This document shows positions 1 to 8,707 of a stretch of 32,000 bases of DNA, piece by piece. This stretch comes from Verrucomicrobiota bacterium (GTDB lineage Bacteria > Verrucomicrobiota > Verrucomicrobiia > Chthoniobacterales > UBA6821): NCBI GenBank assembly GCA_008932965.1, contig WBXG01000010.1, positions 3,898-35,897 of the forward strand. The letters run 5' to 3'. Every line of letters begins with the position of its first letter. The first letter of the stretch is position 1. The notes under the pieces were generated by a model, which worked only from the letters and a program-made list of their open reading frames with translations, was not told where the DNA came from and made no database searches. The position numbers were made by a program, and so were the translations under genes.

Positions 1-760
1 CGACTTGTGCCCCAATAAAAACGAGTAATTCACTTGGCGTGATATGCCATGATTTATTGAGATCACCGCGTTGTAAAAGATGCATGACTCCTATCCATTG
101 ATGCTGGTAATTCCAAAGAATCATTGGCAGCGAGAACATCAAAGCTACTCCAATCATGATGTAGAAAGGAGCTTGCTTGAGCTGCTGGCGGCACTTCGGA
201 CTCCAGAAACAGAAAAGTGCAAAACATAACAGCTCTGAAGCATTGGTATATTTAGCGAGCATCCCTAACCCCACACACACTCCCGCAAGAATCCACCAGA
301 GAAGATGGTGTTTTTCTTGAGCTTTCCAAAAAGCAATTGCTGCTATTGTCCAAAAGAAAATACTGATTGGATCAATCGTCATTAAAATACTCCCAACCGC
401 GTAGAGCGGCATAAAAAGAACAACAATTAACGTCCAGAAAGCAACCTTTTCATTGTAGAGCATCGAGGCCAGGACATACAGGCCAATGCCTATGGCTGCT
501 GAAAGCAAAACTGCAAAAAAACGGACACCAAAAACAGTATCCCCAAAAAGATGAGTGCCCAAAAAAATGGTTACTGCAGCTCCAGGTCCTTTATCGAAAA
601 AGCTCCAATCTAAATGACGAGAGCAATACCAATAATAGGCCTCATCCCCTATTAATTCCAGTTGTGTCGCATACCAGAACCGAAAAAGAGTCACCGCAAT
701 AATCAAGATTCCTAAGATCCACAAGCGATTGGCGGTATTAAAAAAAAATTTCTGCTGCAT
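1..760 (-). CDS. GT-C fold membrane glycosyltransferase (ArnT/PMT-like, family 39/83 type), N-terminal part. The 3' end runs off the window.
   Basis: Not in the ORF track because the window edge truncates it. Hand translation of the minus strand from the ATG at 760-758 gives MQQKFFFNTANRLWILGILIIAVTLFRFWYATQLELIGDEAYYWYCSRHLDWSFFDKGPG... It is multi-TM, carries the DEAYYW motif typical of ArnT/PMT-type transferases, and stays open to position 1. Confidence 0.6.
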   Translation of the reverse strand, partial: MQQKFFFNTANRLWILGILIIAVTLFRFWYATQLELIGDEAYYWYCSRHLDWSFFDKGPGAAVTIFLGTHLFGDTVFGVRFFAVLLSAAIGIGLYVLASMLYNEKVAFWTLIVVLFMPLYAVGSILMTIDPISIFFWTIAAIAFWKAQEKHHLLWWILAGVCVGLGMLAKYTNASELLCFALFCFWSPKCRQQLKQAPFYIMIGVALMFSLPMILWNYQHQWIGVMHLLQRGDLNKSWHITPSELLVFIGAQV

Positions 761-818
761 GAAAATAATAAGAAAATTTATAGTAACAGTATTTCAAATG
801 ATGACGATTCAATTGATT

Positions 819-1430
819 TTAGAGTGAATAATCTCCTCGATTCATGAGTGCTCGTTGCAATGTGACTGCATCAGCCTGTTCGACTCCACTTCCAGCAGAG
901 AGACCTTGAGCAAGACGTGTTATTTTGATGCTCCAAGGAGCTATCATTTCTGCTAAATAATGAGCTGTTGCCTCTCCTTCAACATCTCCACTGAGTGCCA
1001 AGATAATTTCCGAGGGTCGCTCCACATGAAGACGATCCATCAGTTCGGTAATACGCAGTTGCTCTGGACCAATACCATCAAGGGGAGAGAGCTTTCCTCC
1101 AAGAGCATGATACCGTCCGTGAAATGCACCTGTTCGCTCCAATGGTAAAATATCAGTCACCCTCTCAACAATGCAAAATTCTTTTCCGGATCGCGTTTCA
1201 TCAGCACAGAGAGAACAGATTTTTTGTTCTGAGAAAAAACCACATTGTTCACATGATTGACAATGTTGAGTAGCATTATGAATTGCTTCAGCTAAAGCCT
1301 TTGGATGAGCATGAGGAGAACGTAACATCCAAAGTGCAATCCGCTCTGCACCACGAGGACCAATACTAGGAAGACGACGTAGTTGACGCGTCAACTCACA
1401 AAAGGATTCAGGATAATCAAGAAGCGGCAC
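819..1430 (-). CDS. recR: Recombination protein RecR
   Basis: 203 aa. It has the N-terminal helix-hairpin-helix (LPSIGPRGAERIA), a C4 zinc motif (CQSCEQC...CSLC) and a Toprim-like C-terminal half (EIILALSGDVEGEATAHYL), the canonical RecR layout and length. Confidence 0.9.
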   Translation of the reverse strand: MPLLDYPESFCELTRQLRRLPSIGPRGAERIALWMLRSPHAHPKALAEAIHNATQHCQSCEQCGFFSEQKICSLCADETRSGKEFCIVERVTDILPLERTGAFHGRYHALGGKLSPLDGIGPEQLRITELMDRLHVERPSEIILALSGDVEGEATAHYLAEMIAPWSIKITRLAQGLSAGSGVEQADAVTLQRALMNRGDYSL

Positions 1431-1566
1431 AAGAAATGGAAAGTAGAGGTGAAAGGCAGAGATATTTCATGAGAGGCTTTTTTATTAAAAAAGGGGAATC
1501 GAAATTTGGCGAAATTTGGAATAATACTACGTTTGTAGGATGATTCATAGGCCTTCATTCTAAACG

Positions 1567-2862
1567 TTATTCTGAAAATAAAGAGAGCGCCTCTTTCAAA
1601 ATAGATTTCTTCGACATGTTGAGATCATCCCCCTTCTGAGCTCGATCGATTTTTTCTAAATAAAGATCTAAAGCCATATCAGGAATACCTAAAATGGGTG
1701 CAGATTTGAATGACTCGATCGCTTTTCCCCATTCTTGGGAACGAAAAAAAAGGACTCCTAGCCAAAATAAATCACGACTCCGTTCTCTCTCAATGGAAAG
1801 ATTATTTTTTGCAGCTAACACTTCATAAAGCTCTACTCGATGCTGCACACCGTGACATACAAGCGAATCAATTGGTCGAAACTCTGCTATGGTCTCTGCC
1901 ATCTCATAGGTATGAGGTCCCACTAAAATACGACATCCATAGCTCACGCATGCAGCACACAAGTAGTGTGCAAAATCAACTACGGGTCCTGCGACACTAA
2001 ACTGATTGAAATGCGGCCCCCCATACAGAGCTGCAATCATCTCACCAGAATGTACTCCTATTCGGAAATCAAGACGTTGTTGCCAGCGGGCATCGCATTC
2101 AACATTGAGTTCGTCAAGACGCTTTGCAAGATCAAGAGCAACGCGGGTCGCTTTGGCACCGTGATTAATCGGTCCATCTATAGGAAGCGGCACACCAAAG
2201 AGAACACGAATACTTTCTCCGGAGCATTCCTCGAGATAACCACCCACATCGACTAAAAAATTGGAAGCGACCTGTAAATAAAGATTGGCCATTGCAACGT
2301 ATGCTTCAGGACTTAAGACTTCCATAAGTGCTGCATGATTCTTGAGCGAACAGACTAAAATACTTCCATTTTTCAACTCCCCTAAAAACGAAACGGACAC
2401 CTTGCTTTTACAAAGTTTACTTATGAGGTGGCGATGCAAGCGATGTTGAAAAATCCGTCGTACCTTTTGATTCCTGGATCCTAAAGTAGTCGGAAGGAAT
2501 AAAAATACCATGAGATAGCCTCCTCCAAGTGCCAACTCTGAAGGAAATGGATTCCAATAAAAATGATATAAAGCCATCACAAGGCTTCCAGAAATGATTA
2601 GCAGGGCTGATATCACAAATAAAATCATTCTCTCCCTGTGGGTGCTGAGCTCCAGCCCTATTTGAACCGTTACGTAGGCAATAAATAAAACAATGATCCC
2701 TTGGACTAGTTCAGGAACCAACAGGTAATCAGGGGTTATATGCAAGAAGACTTTCCACCACTTATCCCATGGAATCATCCACCCACTCATAGTAACTACA
2801 AAAATAAGTCCTATTGTGAGACTCCCTAATACAAATGTTGATTTAATATTCCTCATGAACAA
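1567..2862 (-). CDS. Membrane-anchored class III adenylate/guanylate cyclase with a C-terminal TPR-like tail
   Basis: 431 aa. The N-terminus has about 4 hydrophobic helices. The cyclase homology domain follows, with motifs GESIRVLFGVP and FRIGVHSGEMIAALYGG. Confidence 0.75.
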   Translation of the reverse strand: MFMRNIKSTFVLGSLTIGLIFVVTMSGWMIPWDKWWKVFLHITPDYLLVPELVQGIIVLFIAYVTVQIGLELSTHRERMILFVISALLIISGSLVMALYHFYWNPFPSELALGGGYLMVFLFLPTTLGSRNQKVRRIFQHRLHRHLISKLCKSKVSVSFLGELKNGSILVCSLKNHAALMEVLSPEAYVAMANLYLQVASNFLVDVGGYLEECSGESIRVLFGVPLPIDGPINHGAKATRVALDLAKRLDELNVECDARWQQRLDFRIGVHSGEMIAALYGGPHFNQFSVAGPVVDFAHYLCAACVSYGCRILVGPHTYEMAETIAEFRPIDSLVCHGVQHRVELYEVLAAKNNLSIERERSRDLFWLGVLFFRSQEWGKAIESFKSAPILGIPDMALDLYLEKIDRAQKGDDLNMSKKSILKEALSLFSE

Positions 2863-3005
2863 TGGAGTTTTCTAAGCAGATAGCAGAAATTTTTTCAGAA
2901 TAGTCAGGGAATATGAATCATGACAATATTGAAAAAAATAGAAATATTCATACTAGTCTATTTTGATGAATAGAGTAACATTCAACTTCTTCGACCCAAA
3001 ATTTC

Positions 3006-3956
3006 ATGACTAAAAAATCTTCTCGGCCTATTAGCGTTGTTACAGGAGGTGCTGGCTTCCTTGGTTCTCACTTGACTGATCGACTTCTTGAAGAAGGCCA
3101 TGATGTCATCGTTATTGATAATTTTATCACTGGAAGTCCTCATAATCTTGAGCATCTTGCTGAAAATATTCATCTCAAGTTTATTCGACACGATGTTACT
3201 GAATATATTTTTGTTCCAGGGCCCGTCCACTATGTATGGCATTTTGCAAGTCCAGCTAGTCCCATTGATTACCTTGAACTCCCGATTCCTACATTAAAAG
3301 TCGGTTCTCTTGGAACCCACAATGCACTAGGACTCGCTCGTGAGAAAAAGGCAGCATTCCTTCTTGCATCGACCTCGGAAACTTATGGCGATCCTCTCAT
3401 CCATCCTCAAACAGAAGATTATTGGGGTAATGTCAATCCCGTCGGCCCACGCGGAGTCTATGATGAAGCCAAGCGTTTTGCAGAAGCAATGACAATGGCC
3501 TATCATACGTTTCATGGAATGGATACAAAGATTGTTCGTATTTTTAACACCTACGGTCCTCGTATGCGTTTACGTGATGGACGTGTTGTACCAACATTTA
3601 TTGGTCAAGCACTCACCAACCAATCACTAACTATTTTTGGGGATGGGAGTCAAACACGCAGCTTTTGTTATGTCTCTGACCTCATTGATGGAATTTATCG
3701 GCTCATGATGAGCGAATATCATCATCCAGTAAACATTGGTAATCCGCGCGAGATGACAATTAAAGAATTTGGTGAAGCAATTTTAAAATTGATCGAAACA
3801 ACTTCTGCCATGGAATTTAAACCACTCCCAATCGACGACCCCAAAGTGCGCCAACCTGATATTACACGCGCTAAAACTATTTTAAAATGGGAACCTAAAA
3901 TTGATTTTGAAGAGGGAATACAAGAGACAATTCATTACTTCCGTTCAAAGATTTAG
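3006..3956 (+). CDS. UDP-glucuronate decarboxylase (UDP-xylose synthase, SDR family)
   Basis: 316 aa. It has the Rossmann motif [12 protein letters not shown] and the catalytic region [10 protein letters not shown]...YDEAKRFAE. It resembles UXS-type extended SDRs along its whole length. Confidence 0.9.
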   Translation: MTKKSSRPISVVTGGAGFLGSHLTDRLLEEGHDVIVIDNFITGSPHNLEHLAENIHLKFIRHDVTEYIFVPGPVHYVWHFASPASPIDYLELPIPTLKVGSLGTHNALGLAREKKAAFLLASTSETYGDPLIHPQTEDYWGNVNPVGPRGVYDEAKRFAEAMTMAYHTFHGMDTKIVRIFNTYGPRMRLRDGRVVPTFIGQALTNQSLTIFGDGSQTRSFCYVSDLIDGIYRLMMSEYHHPVNIGNPREMTIKEFGEAILKLIETTSAMEFKPLPIDDPKVRQPDITRAKTILKWEPKIDFEEGIQETIHYFRSKI

Positions 3957-3977
3957 AAAAACTAGCATTAGCTTTTT

Positions 3978-5972
3978 GTGGCGAGACAACTTCTTTTGCA
4001 TTGGGAGAAGAATTTTTTTACTCTTGTTGAATGTGTTAGGAATAAAAAAGGAAGATGGTTATTACATCGGGAAGCGACACACGATCTCTCTCAAGAATCT
4101 GATCAAGATCTTCTCCATCAGCAAGCACTGGACCAACTTCAAACTACTCTCACCGCATGGGATGTACGTAAGGCAAGCCTTCATTGCTTGCTACCTGCCG
4201 AAAAGATTTTCCTTAAGACTCTGGTATTAGAAATCCCAGCTAATCTGGAGGATCTCATCCCAGAGATAGTGAGATTAGAGGCAAAAAAAGTTTTCCCCGT
4301 CCCACTCGAGGAGTTGATTTGGAATTTTCAAATATTCCCCTCTCATACCAAGGGAAAGATTTCTATTCTTTACGCTGCAATTAAAAAAAAATCCATTACC
4401 CCTCTCTTGGAGATGAATTTTTTAACAGAGTTAACTCACATATTTCATACTGATTCGTCGCGAGGCACCGCGAATCCTGATGCAGACACCACCGGCGGTC
4501 GGGAGACCGTGGTGGAGACTGCCCTGGCTTTAAGGGGGCAGCCCTGTAAGGGCGAGACGAGCGGGAGTGAGCGAGTCAACGAAGGTGATGGATTGCAACG
4601 ACGGCTGCATGTTTCATACTGCCCGAGGAGCAATTCGAGGCTGACGCAGTATCCATCAGGTGTTCGCAAGCCACAGCAGAATCGGGATGAAATATCCGGG
4701 TTAAACTTTCAAACAATCTCCTCAACGACACAGGCCCTCTGCGAGTCTCTCCAACTCATCAATCAAAACCAAGAGACCACTCTGATCATCGATATTAATG
4801 GGTCATTACCGAACGTGATTTTGATGAAGCCTCAAGAAATAATTATCAGCTACACCCTCGAGCAAAGAGCAGTAGGGAGTTCCCAATTAGGAAAAATAGA
4901 TACTGATCTTTCACGTATCCTGGAGCAGGCGACCTCGCAAAAGATGATTCCAACACAGATTGTTGTGACCGGAAAAAGTGCACAAAAAAATCAGCTACTT
5001 CTCCTTCTACAAAAGAAATACCAGATTCCAATCAAGGATCTCGATGAACTGCTCCTGAATCACCTCTCTTGGTTACCGACAACGCCAGAAAATTTAGAAA
5101 ATAAAAGTGGCTTCTCAAGGAGCTATGTAGCAGGTGCAATCCATTTTTTTACAAAGAAAAATAGAAATATCGTAGCACAAATATTTCATAATCATCAACC
5201 GCAAAGACTGGTAAGCCTGATGGATACTGGGTTGAACTCGAAGTCTTCCTCCGGCAATCTTTACTCAAGACTATGTCATCAGACTTCATCACGTGCCTTT
5301 TCCCATCAAGTTTCACAGCCTCCTTGTCACCATCAGTATGAAATATTCGATCTCAATCTTCTTCCTCCCTCGTTGGTAGCAAAGCAAAAGTTAAAAAAAC
5401 AACAGTCCTATATCCTAGGGGTCATGACACTAATAACATGCACCTTGCTCCTTGGTTCACTCACTATTTACGACCAAACCAGCCGTCTCATTACAGCCAG
5501 TTCACAGGCTACTTTTTTTTTAATACAAGAGGAAAAAAGACTTCTTTCCTTGGATCAAGAGATAGCTAGCTTTCAAAAGGTTGAAGAAAAAAACGGAGCT
5601 TGGTTTAGGCTTCTCCAAGCACATGCAGCTTGGCCTCGAGTGATTCAAGAAATTCAAAAAGCCCTCCCTAAACGTTATCTCTGGATTACACAATGCTCTG
5701 CTAATGATGATCAGAAAAATATCGATAAGACTTCTTCTCTAACTGCCATTACCCTTGAAGGACTCTATCTAGAAAATCCTCGTCAGGCAGATGTCGTCGA
5801 TGATTTTGTTGAAAAACTCAAAAAATCAGATTTTTTTGATATTAAAAAACAAGAGAAGCAACAACTTCTTTGCTCTCCTAATGATGGAAGTGCTTATGCT
5901 TATCCATGGAAGCTTCGAGTGCCACTCAGGAGTCCTATGAATTTCAATCTTAACCCGGATATTTCATACTGA
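3978..5972 (+). CDS. PilM-like / PilN-like pilus or secretion assembly protein as one fused ORF. It is interrupted in frame by two repeat elements and terminates inside a third.
   Basis: 664-aa ORF with a GTG start. The N-terminal ~400 aa is weakly PilM/actin-like (TLIIDINGSLPNVIL). After aa ~458 it has the PilN hallmark LNLLPP, then a basic stretch, a single TM helix (SYILGVMTLITCTLLLGSLTIY), a coiled region and a C-terminal alpha/beta-type domain. Codons ~153-242 and ~400-458 are encoded by repeat elements (see mobile_element features). Confidence 0.5.
   Translation: MARQLLLHWEKNFFTLVECVRNKKGRWLLHREATHDLSQESDQDLLHQQALDQLQTTLTAWDVRKASLHCLLPAEKIFLKTLVLEIPANLEDLIPEIVRLEAKKVFPVPLEELIWNFQIFPSHTKGKISILYAAIKKKSITPLLEMNFLTELTHIFHTDSSRGTANPDADTTGGRETVVETALALRGQPCKGETSGSERVNEGDGLQRRLHVSYCPRSNSRLTQYPSGVRKPQQNRDEISGLNFQTISSTTQALCESLQLINQNQETTLIIDINGSLPNVILMKPQEIIISYTLEQRAVGSSQLGKIDTDLSRILEQATSQKMIPTQIVVTGKSAQKNQLLLLLQKKYQIPIKDLDELLLNHLSWLPTTPENLENKSGFSRSYVAGAIHFFTKKNRNIVAQIFHNHQPQRLVSLMDTGLNSKSSSGNLYSRLCHQTSSRAFSHQVSQPPCHHQYEIFDLNLLPPSLVAKQKLKKQQSYILGVMTLITCTLLLGSLTIYDQTSRLITASSQATFFLIQEEKRLLSLDQEIASFQKVEEKNGAWFRLLQAHAAWPRVIQEIQKALPKRYLWITQCSANDDQKNIDKTSSLTAITLEGLYLENPRQADVVDDFVEKLKKSDFFDIKKQEKQQLLCSPNDGSAYAYPWKLRVPLRSPMNFNLNPDISY
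4435..4700 (+). mobile_element. MITE-like palindromic element, long form (copy A), inside the PilM-like coding region
   Basis: 266 bp flanked by a direct TTAA at 4431-4434 and 4701-4704. The termini are ctcacATATTTCATACTG ... GATGAAATATccggg. It differs from copy B (24049-24314) by about 28 substitutions and no indels. It is GC-rich relative to its surroundings. Confidence 0.8.
5176..5351 (-). mobile_element. MITE-like element, short form, reverse orientation (copy F), degenerate. It lies at the PilM-like/PilN-like junction.
   Basis: It aligns by eye to the reverse complement of copy C. Shared blocks are AAATATTTCAT, CTCGAAGTCTTCCTC, TCAGACTTCATC, TTCACAGCCTCCT.GTCAC.ATCAGTATGAAATAT. The flanks (gtag / ctca) show no clear duplication, and the central palindrome has been replaced. 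Confidence 0.65.
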
Positions 5973-6127
5973 TTGTGACGAGGAGGCTGTGAAGGCTTAT
6001 GGGGCAAGGCGAGCGATGAAGTCTGACGACGGCTGTGTGTACACACTGCCCGAGGAAGACTTCGAGATCAACGCAGCATCCATCTTACTTCCCGGTCTCC
6101 GCAGTAGATCAGAATGAAATATTTGGG
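5954..6127 (+). mobile_element. MITE-like element, short form (copy C), between convergent genes
   Basis: 174 bp. The left TIR is CCCGGATATTTCATACTGAT and the right TIR is ATCAGAATGAAATATTTGGG. TTAA precedes it at 5950-5953. It folds as a long imperfect hairpin around a central TGTGTACACA. The left TIR provides codons P-D-I-S-Y-stop for the 3978..5972 ORF. Confidence 0.8.
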
Positions 6128-6135
6128 CTCATTGC

Positions 6136-6624
6136 TTACGTGCTATTTTTAATAATAATCATTACCCCTAAGATCACCAAAAAACCTCCCACAAAGGTCA
6201 TCCAATTGAGTTGAATCTCTTGAAAAAAAAGCCATGTAAAAATAACAACAAATAGGGGGTATGAAATTTCAATCATCGCGGCAAGAGATGCATTTTTAGC
6301 ACCCACTGCTTGATAGGTCATCCAAGCACCAAGCGATGCTGTTAGAAGCGAGAAGAGAAACCATCCAGCATAGCGTGGCTCCAGCTCACGAATTTGGGAT
6401 AGAATCGATGTCCCTTTATTACCAAAGAAAAGAACCAATCCAGCAACAAGGACTCCTACAAGAGAATAACAAAAAAAGAACGCCGACGGGGTTACCCTAG
6501 AACGCAAAATTGGGCCACTTGCAGCATAACTGGAGCCCCAAAGCACGGAAGCAGCAACAGCATAGATTACCCATTTTTCATACATAAAAAAAAAGAGCAT
6601 GTTTGAAAAGAGAAGGAGAAACAA
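6136..6624 (-). CDS. Small DMT/EamA-like membrane protein (single EamA-type domain)
   Basis: 162-aa ORF that is entirely hydrophobic with about 5 TM helices. The N-terminus is EamA-like (WVIYAVAASVLWGSSY). The likely true start is the internal Met (MYEKW, about 6585). Confidence 0.5.
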   Translation of the reverse strand: MFLLLFSNMLFFFMYEKWVIYAVAASVLWGSSYAASGPILRSRVTPSAFFFCYSLVGVLVAGLVLFFGNKGTSILSQIRELEPRYAGWFLFSLLTASLGAWMTYQAVGAKNASLAAMIEISYPLFVVIFTWLFFQEIQLNWMTFVGGFLVILGVMIIIKNST

Positions 6625-6677
6625 GCCCTCAATATCATATAAAGTTGACTCAATAAAAAAGGATCAAAACTTTATAA

Positions 6678-7190
6678 ATGACTCTTTTTTTGTGCTCTTT
6701 GTGCTTCTTCCTGCCTATCTTATTTTATATGCCCGTTGAAATAGAACGAAAATTTTTAGTTAAAAACGATACCTGGCGCTCCGAAGCTGTTGGCATCGAC
6801 TATTGCCAGGGATACCTTTCCCGTAAACCTGAAGCCGTTGTCCGTGTGCGTATCGAAGGGAAGAACTCTTTTCTCACCATTAAGGGTCGGAGCCAAGGAA
6901 TTAGCCGACCTGAATTTGAATACCAAATTCCCATTAAGGAGGCTCTAGAATTACAACAACTCTGTACTACTCCACTCGTAAAAAAAACCCGTTACCACAT
7001 TCCTTATGACGGGATGATATGGGAGGTTGATGAGTTTCAGGGTGAGAACGAAGGTCTTATTATTGCTGAAATTGAACTCGATCATCCTGAAGCACTCATC
7101 ACACTCCCTCCGTGGGTTGGAGTAGAAGTCTCTCATGATCGGCGTTATTGTAATTCTCATTTAGCAACACATCCCTTTAAATCCTGGTAA
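6678..7190 (+). CDS. CYTH domain protein (triphosphate tunnel metalloenzyme / class IV cyclase-like)
   Basis: It has the hallmark ExExK start motif (MPVEIERKFLV) and later acidic strands (WEVDEF, IIAEIEL). The probable real start is the ATG at 6729, since the upstream 17 codons look like a spurious extension. Confidence 0.8.
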   Translation: MTLFLCSLCFFLPILFYMPVEIERKFLVKNDTWRSEAVGIDYCQGYLSRKPEAVVRVRIEGKNSFLTIKGRSQGISRPEFEYQIPIKEALELQQLCTTPLVKKTRYHIPYDGMIWEVDEFQGENEGLIIAEIELDHPEALITLPPWVGVEVSHDRRYCNSHLATHPFKSW

Positions 7191-7435
7191 ATATTTATCA
7201 TAAAGCACGTCCCATTGGAGCCGAAGCTTGTATTTAAGAGGCTTTGAGGGCTAAAAAAGTTGAGTATCACAAGCCAAAAAAGCTGTTATGTTCTAAATAG
7301 AGGTGGCCCCCAAAAACTGGACCAGTAGTTAAGCTTTAAAAAGAGTGGAGAAGGAAGGTAAAAACATTATTTTCACTTGCGAAACTTAAGTAAGTGAGTA
7401 GATTTAAATACAGTTTAAGAAAAAAATAAAAAATT

Positions 7436-8413
7436 ATGATAACACCTCGTCTTTTTACATTATTAGCACTGATTGTTTCTGTGCTAGGATTCAGCAATCT
7501 TTCAGCGCAAACAACATCGCCTGCGCCTTCCGATCAAGCAACTGCCCAAGATCCAGGTAATAGCGCAGGACCGTTCAACCTGAGTAAAGATCAGCTTCTG
7601 AGCTTGGGATATCGGATGTGGAATAATTATGCTGGTGGGACTGTAGATGGGTTGACTAAATGGGATGGCTCGGATGACAATCATCAATTCATGTACCTTG
7701 GCATTGCCAATAATATCTGGCTTCCAGAAGGTTCAACCTCCATGTTTGGTGAAGATTGGCCAACGGTGGCTCAGCGCCTCCAAGAGCTTGGATGCAAGAT
7801 CAAACCTTGGATGTTGAACGGCTGCCCTTGGACAACACAAGAGGAATTTAACGCTGACTTTAATGGCAAGAAGATGACTTGGCTGCGCACCCATCTTTCC
7901 AAGGAGAAATTTGTTCGCGCTCAAGCTTTCTGCATTGCCGAGCGACTTCAACGGACGATGGATCCTAGCTCTCCAGACTCTCTCTTGACCGGCCTTGCTG
8001 CCGACCAGAGCGCACTGGTACAGAAAAATTTTGAACTCGTTGTGAATTCAATAGACCCTCTCGGTGTCTATGCTTTGATTGATTACGTCAATTTCAAAGG
8101 CGAAGGACGCCTTGGTGCAACCGAATTTAATGGCCAAAGTTGGGGATTGCTCCAAGTGTTGCTCAACATGCAAACGCCTGCGGAAGGTGCCAGTGATGCT
8201 GACGTGATGAAAGCTTTTGTTCAAAGCGCTAAGTTCACACTCTGCCAACGCGTTATCAATCATAAGATTCAAGATCCTACTAACAATGATGTGCAGTATC
8301 TTGACATGTGGGTCGCGCACTTGAACGACTATTTGTTGACCAATGCAGAAGTGACAGCACGCGGCTTGGATAAAGCGCCTGCAGCTCCTGCAGCCGATAC
8401 TTCGAGTAACTAA
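7436..8413 (+). CDS. Secreted hypothetical protein
   Basis: 325 aa with an N-terminal signal peptide (LFTLLALIVSVLGFSNLSAQ) and a clean intrinsic terminator downstream. I recognise no family. Confidence 0.6.
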   Translation: MITPRLFTLLALIVSVLGFSNLSAQTTSPAPSDQATAQDPGNSAGPFNLSKDQLLSLGYRMWNNYAGGTVDGLTKWDGSDDNHQFMYLGIANNIWLPEGSTSMFGEDWPTVAQRLQELGCKIKPWMLNGCPWTTQEEFNADFNGKKMTWLRTHLSKEKFVRAQAFCIAERLQRTMDPSSPDSLLTGLAADQSALVQKNFELVVNSIDPLGVYALIDYVNFKGEGRLGATEFNGQSWGLLQVLLNMQTPAEGASDADVMKAFVQSAKFTLCQRVINHKIQDPTNNDVQYLDMWVAHLNDYLLTNAEVTARGLDKAPAAPAADTSSN

Positions 8414-8433
8414 AATTACTAAAAAATCCTTAA

Positions 8434-8468
8434 AGCCCCGATTGTTTTTCGATCGGGGCTTTTTTTTT
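8434..8468 (+). terminator. Rho-independent terminator
   Basis: A perfect 9-bp stem AGCCCCGAT / ATCGGGGCT with a 9-nt loop, followed by T8 (8461-8468), 20 nt after the stop at 8413. Confidence 0.85.
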
Positions 8469-8473
8469 AACTC

Positions 8474-8707
8474 TTGCCCATGAAAGCTATCCTCCTTGGA
8501 CTTCTTGTTGCTGTCTTCATTATGGTGCTGATCCTTGTTGCTTTTTGGGTAACGCGGCCAGGTTTTTTTTCGCCGCATCATTCTTTGAATGCTGCTCCCA
8601 AGGCTTTTGATCCGCATCTTTCAGTACAAATCACACAACAACAAAAGCAGAAACTTTCATCAACCTTCAGCTCAACCAACCTATCAGCCAGGTTTGCAAC
8701 CAACTGA
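8474..8707 (+). CDS. Small membrane-anchored protein, possibly the 5' remnant of a disrupted gene
   Basis: The ATG at 8480 opens MKAILLGLLVAVFIMVLILVAFWV (a TM helix), followed by low-complexity sequence. An overlapping ORF in another frame (8589..8780) and further ORF fragments to about 9010 suggest frameshifts. Confidence 0.3.
   Translation: MPMKAILLGLLVAVFIMVLILVAFWVTRPGFFSPHHSLNAAPKAFDPHLSVQITQQQKQKLSSTFSSTNLSARFATN

Noticed and set aside
1461-1473. GATATTTCATGAG in the recR-cyclase spacer resembles the TIR core ATATTTCATAC.
   Set aside because: Only about 10 nt match in AT-rich sequence. There is no partner repeat and no GC-rich interior.
4445-4669. A minus-strand ORF (74 aa) runs through element copy A. 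The equivalent frame is also open through copy B, as part of ORF 24059..24487, which could suggest an element-encoded peptide.
   Set aside because: Comparing the two copies gives about 12 amino-acid changes from roughly 22 nucleotide differences, many of them radical (C>R, S>L, T>I). There is no sign of purifying selection. The ORF in B only starts outside the element, antisense to the transpeptidase gene. Openness is expected for a GC-rich segment in an AT-rich genome.
8048-8617. A 189-aa minus-strand ORF, the largest ORF left unassigned.
   Set aside because: It lies antisense to the signal-peptide-bearing 7436..8413 gene and crosses that gene's terminator. Its R/K/S-rich composition with no motifs is typical of a shadow ORF.
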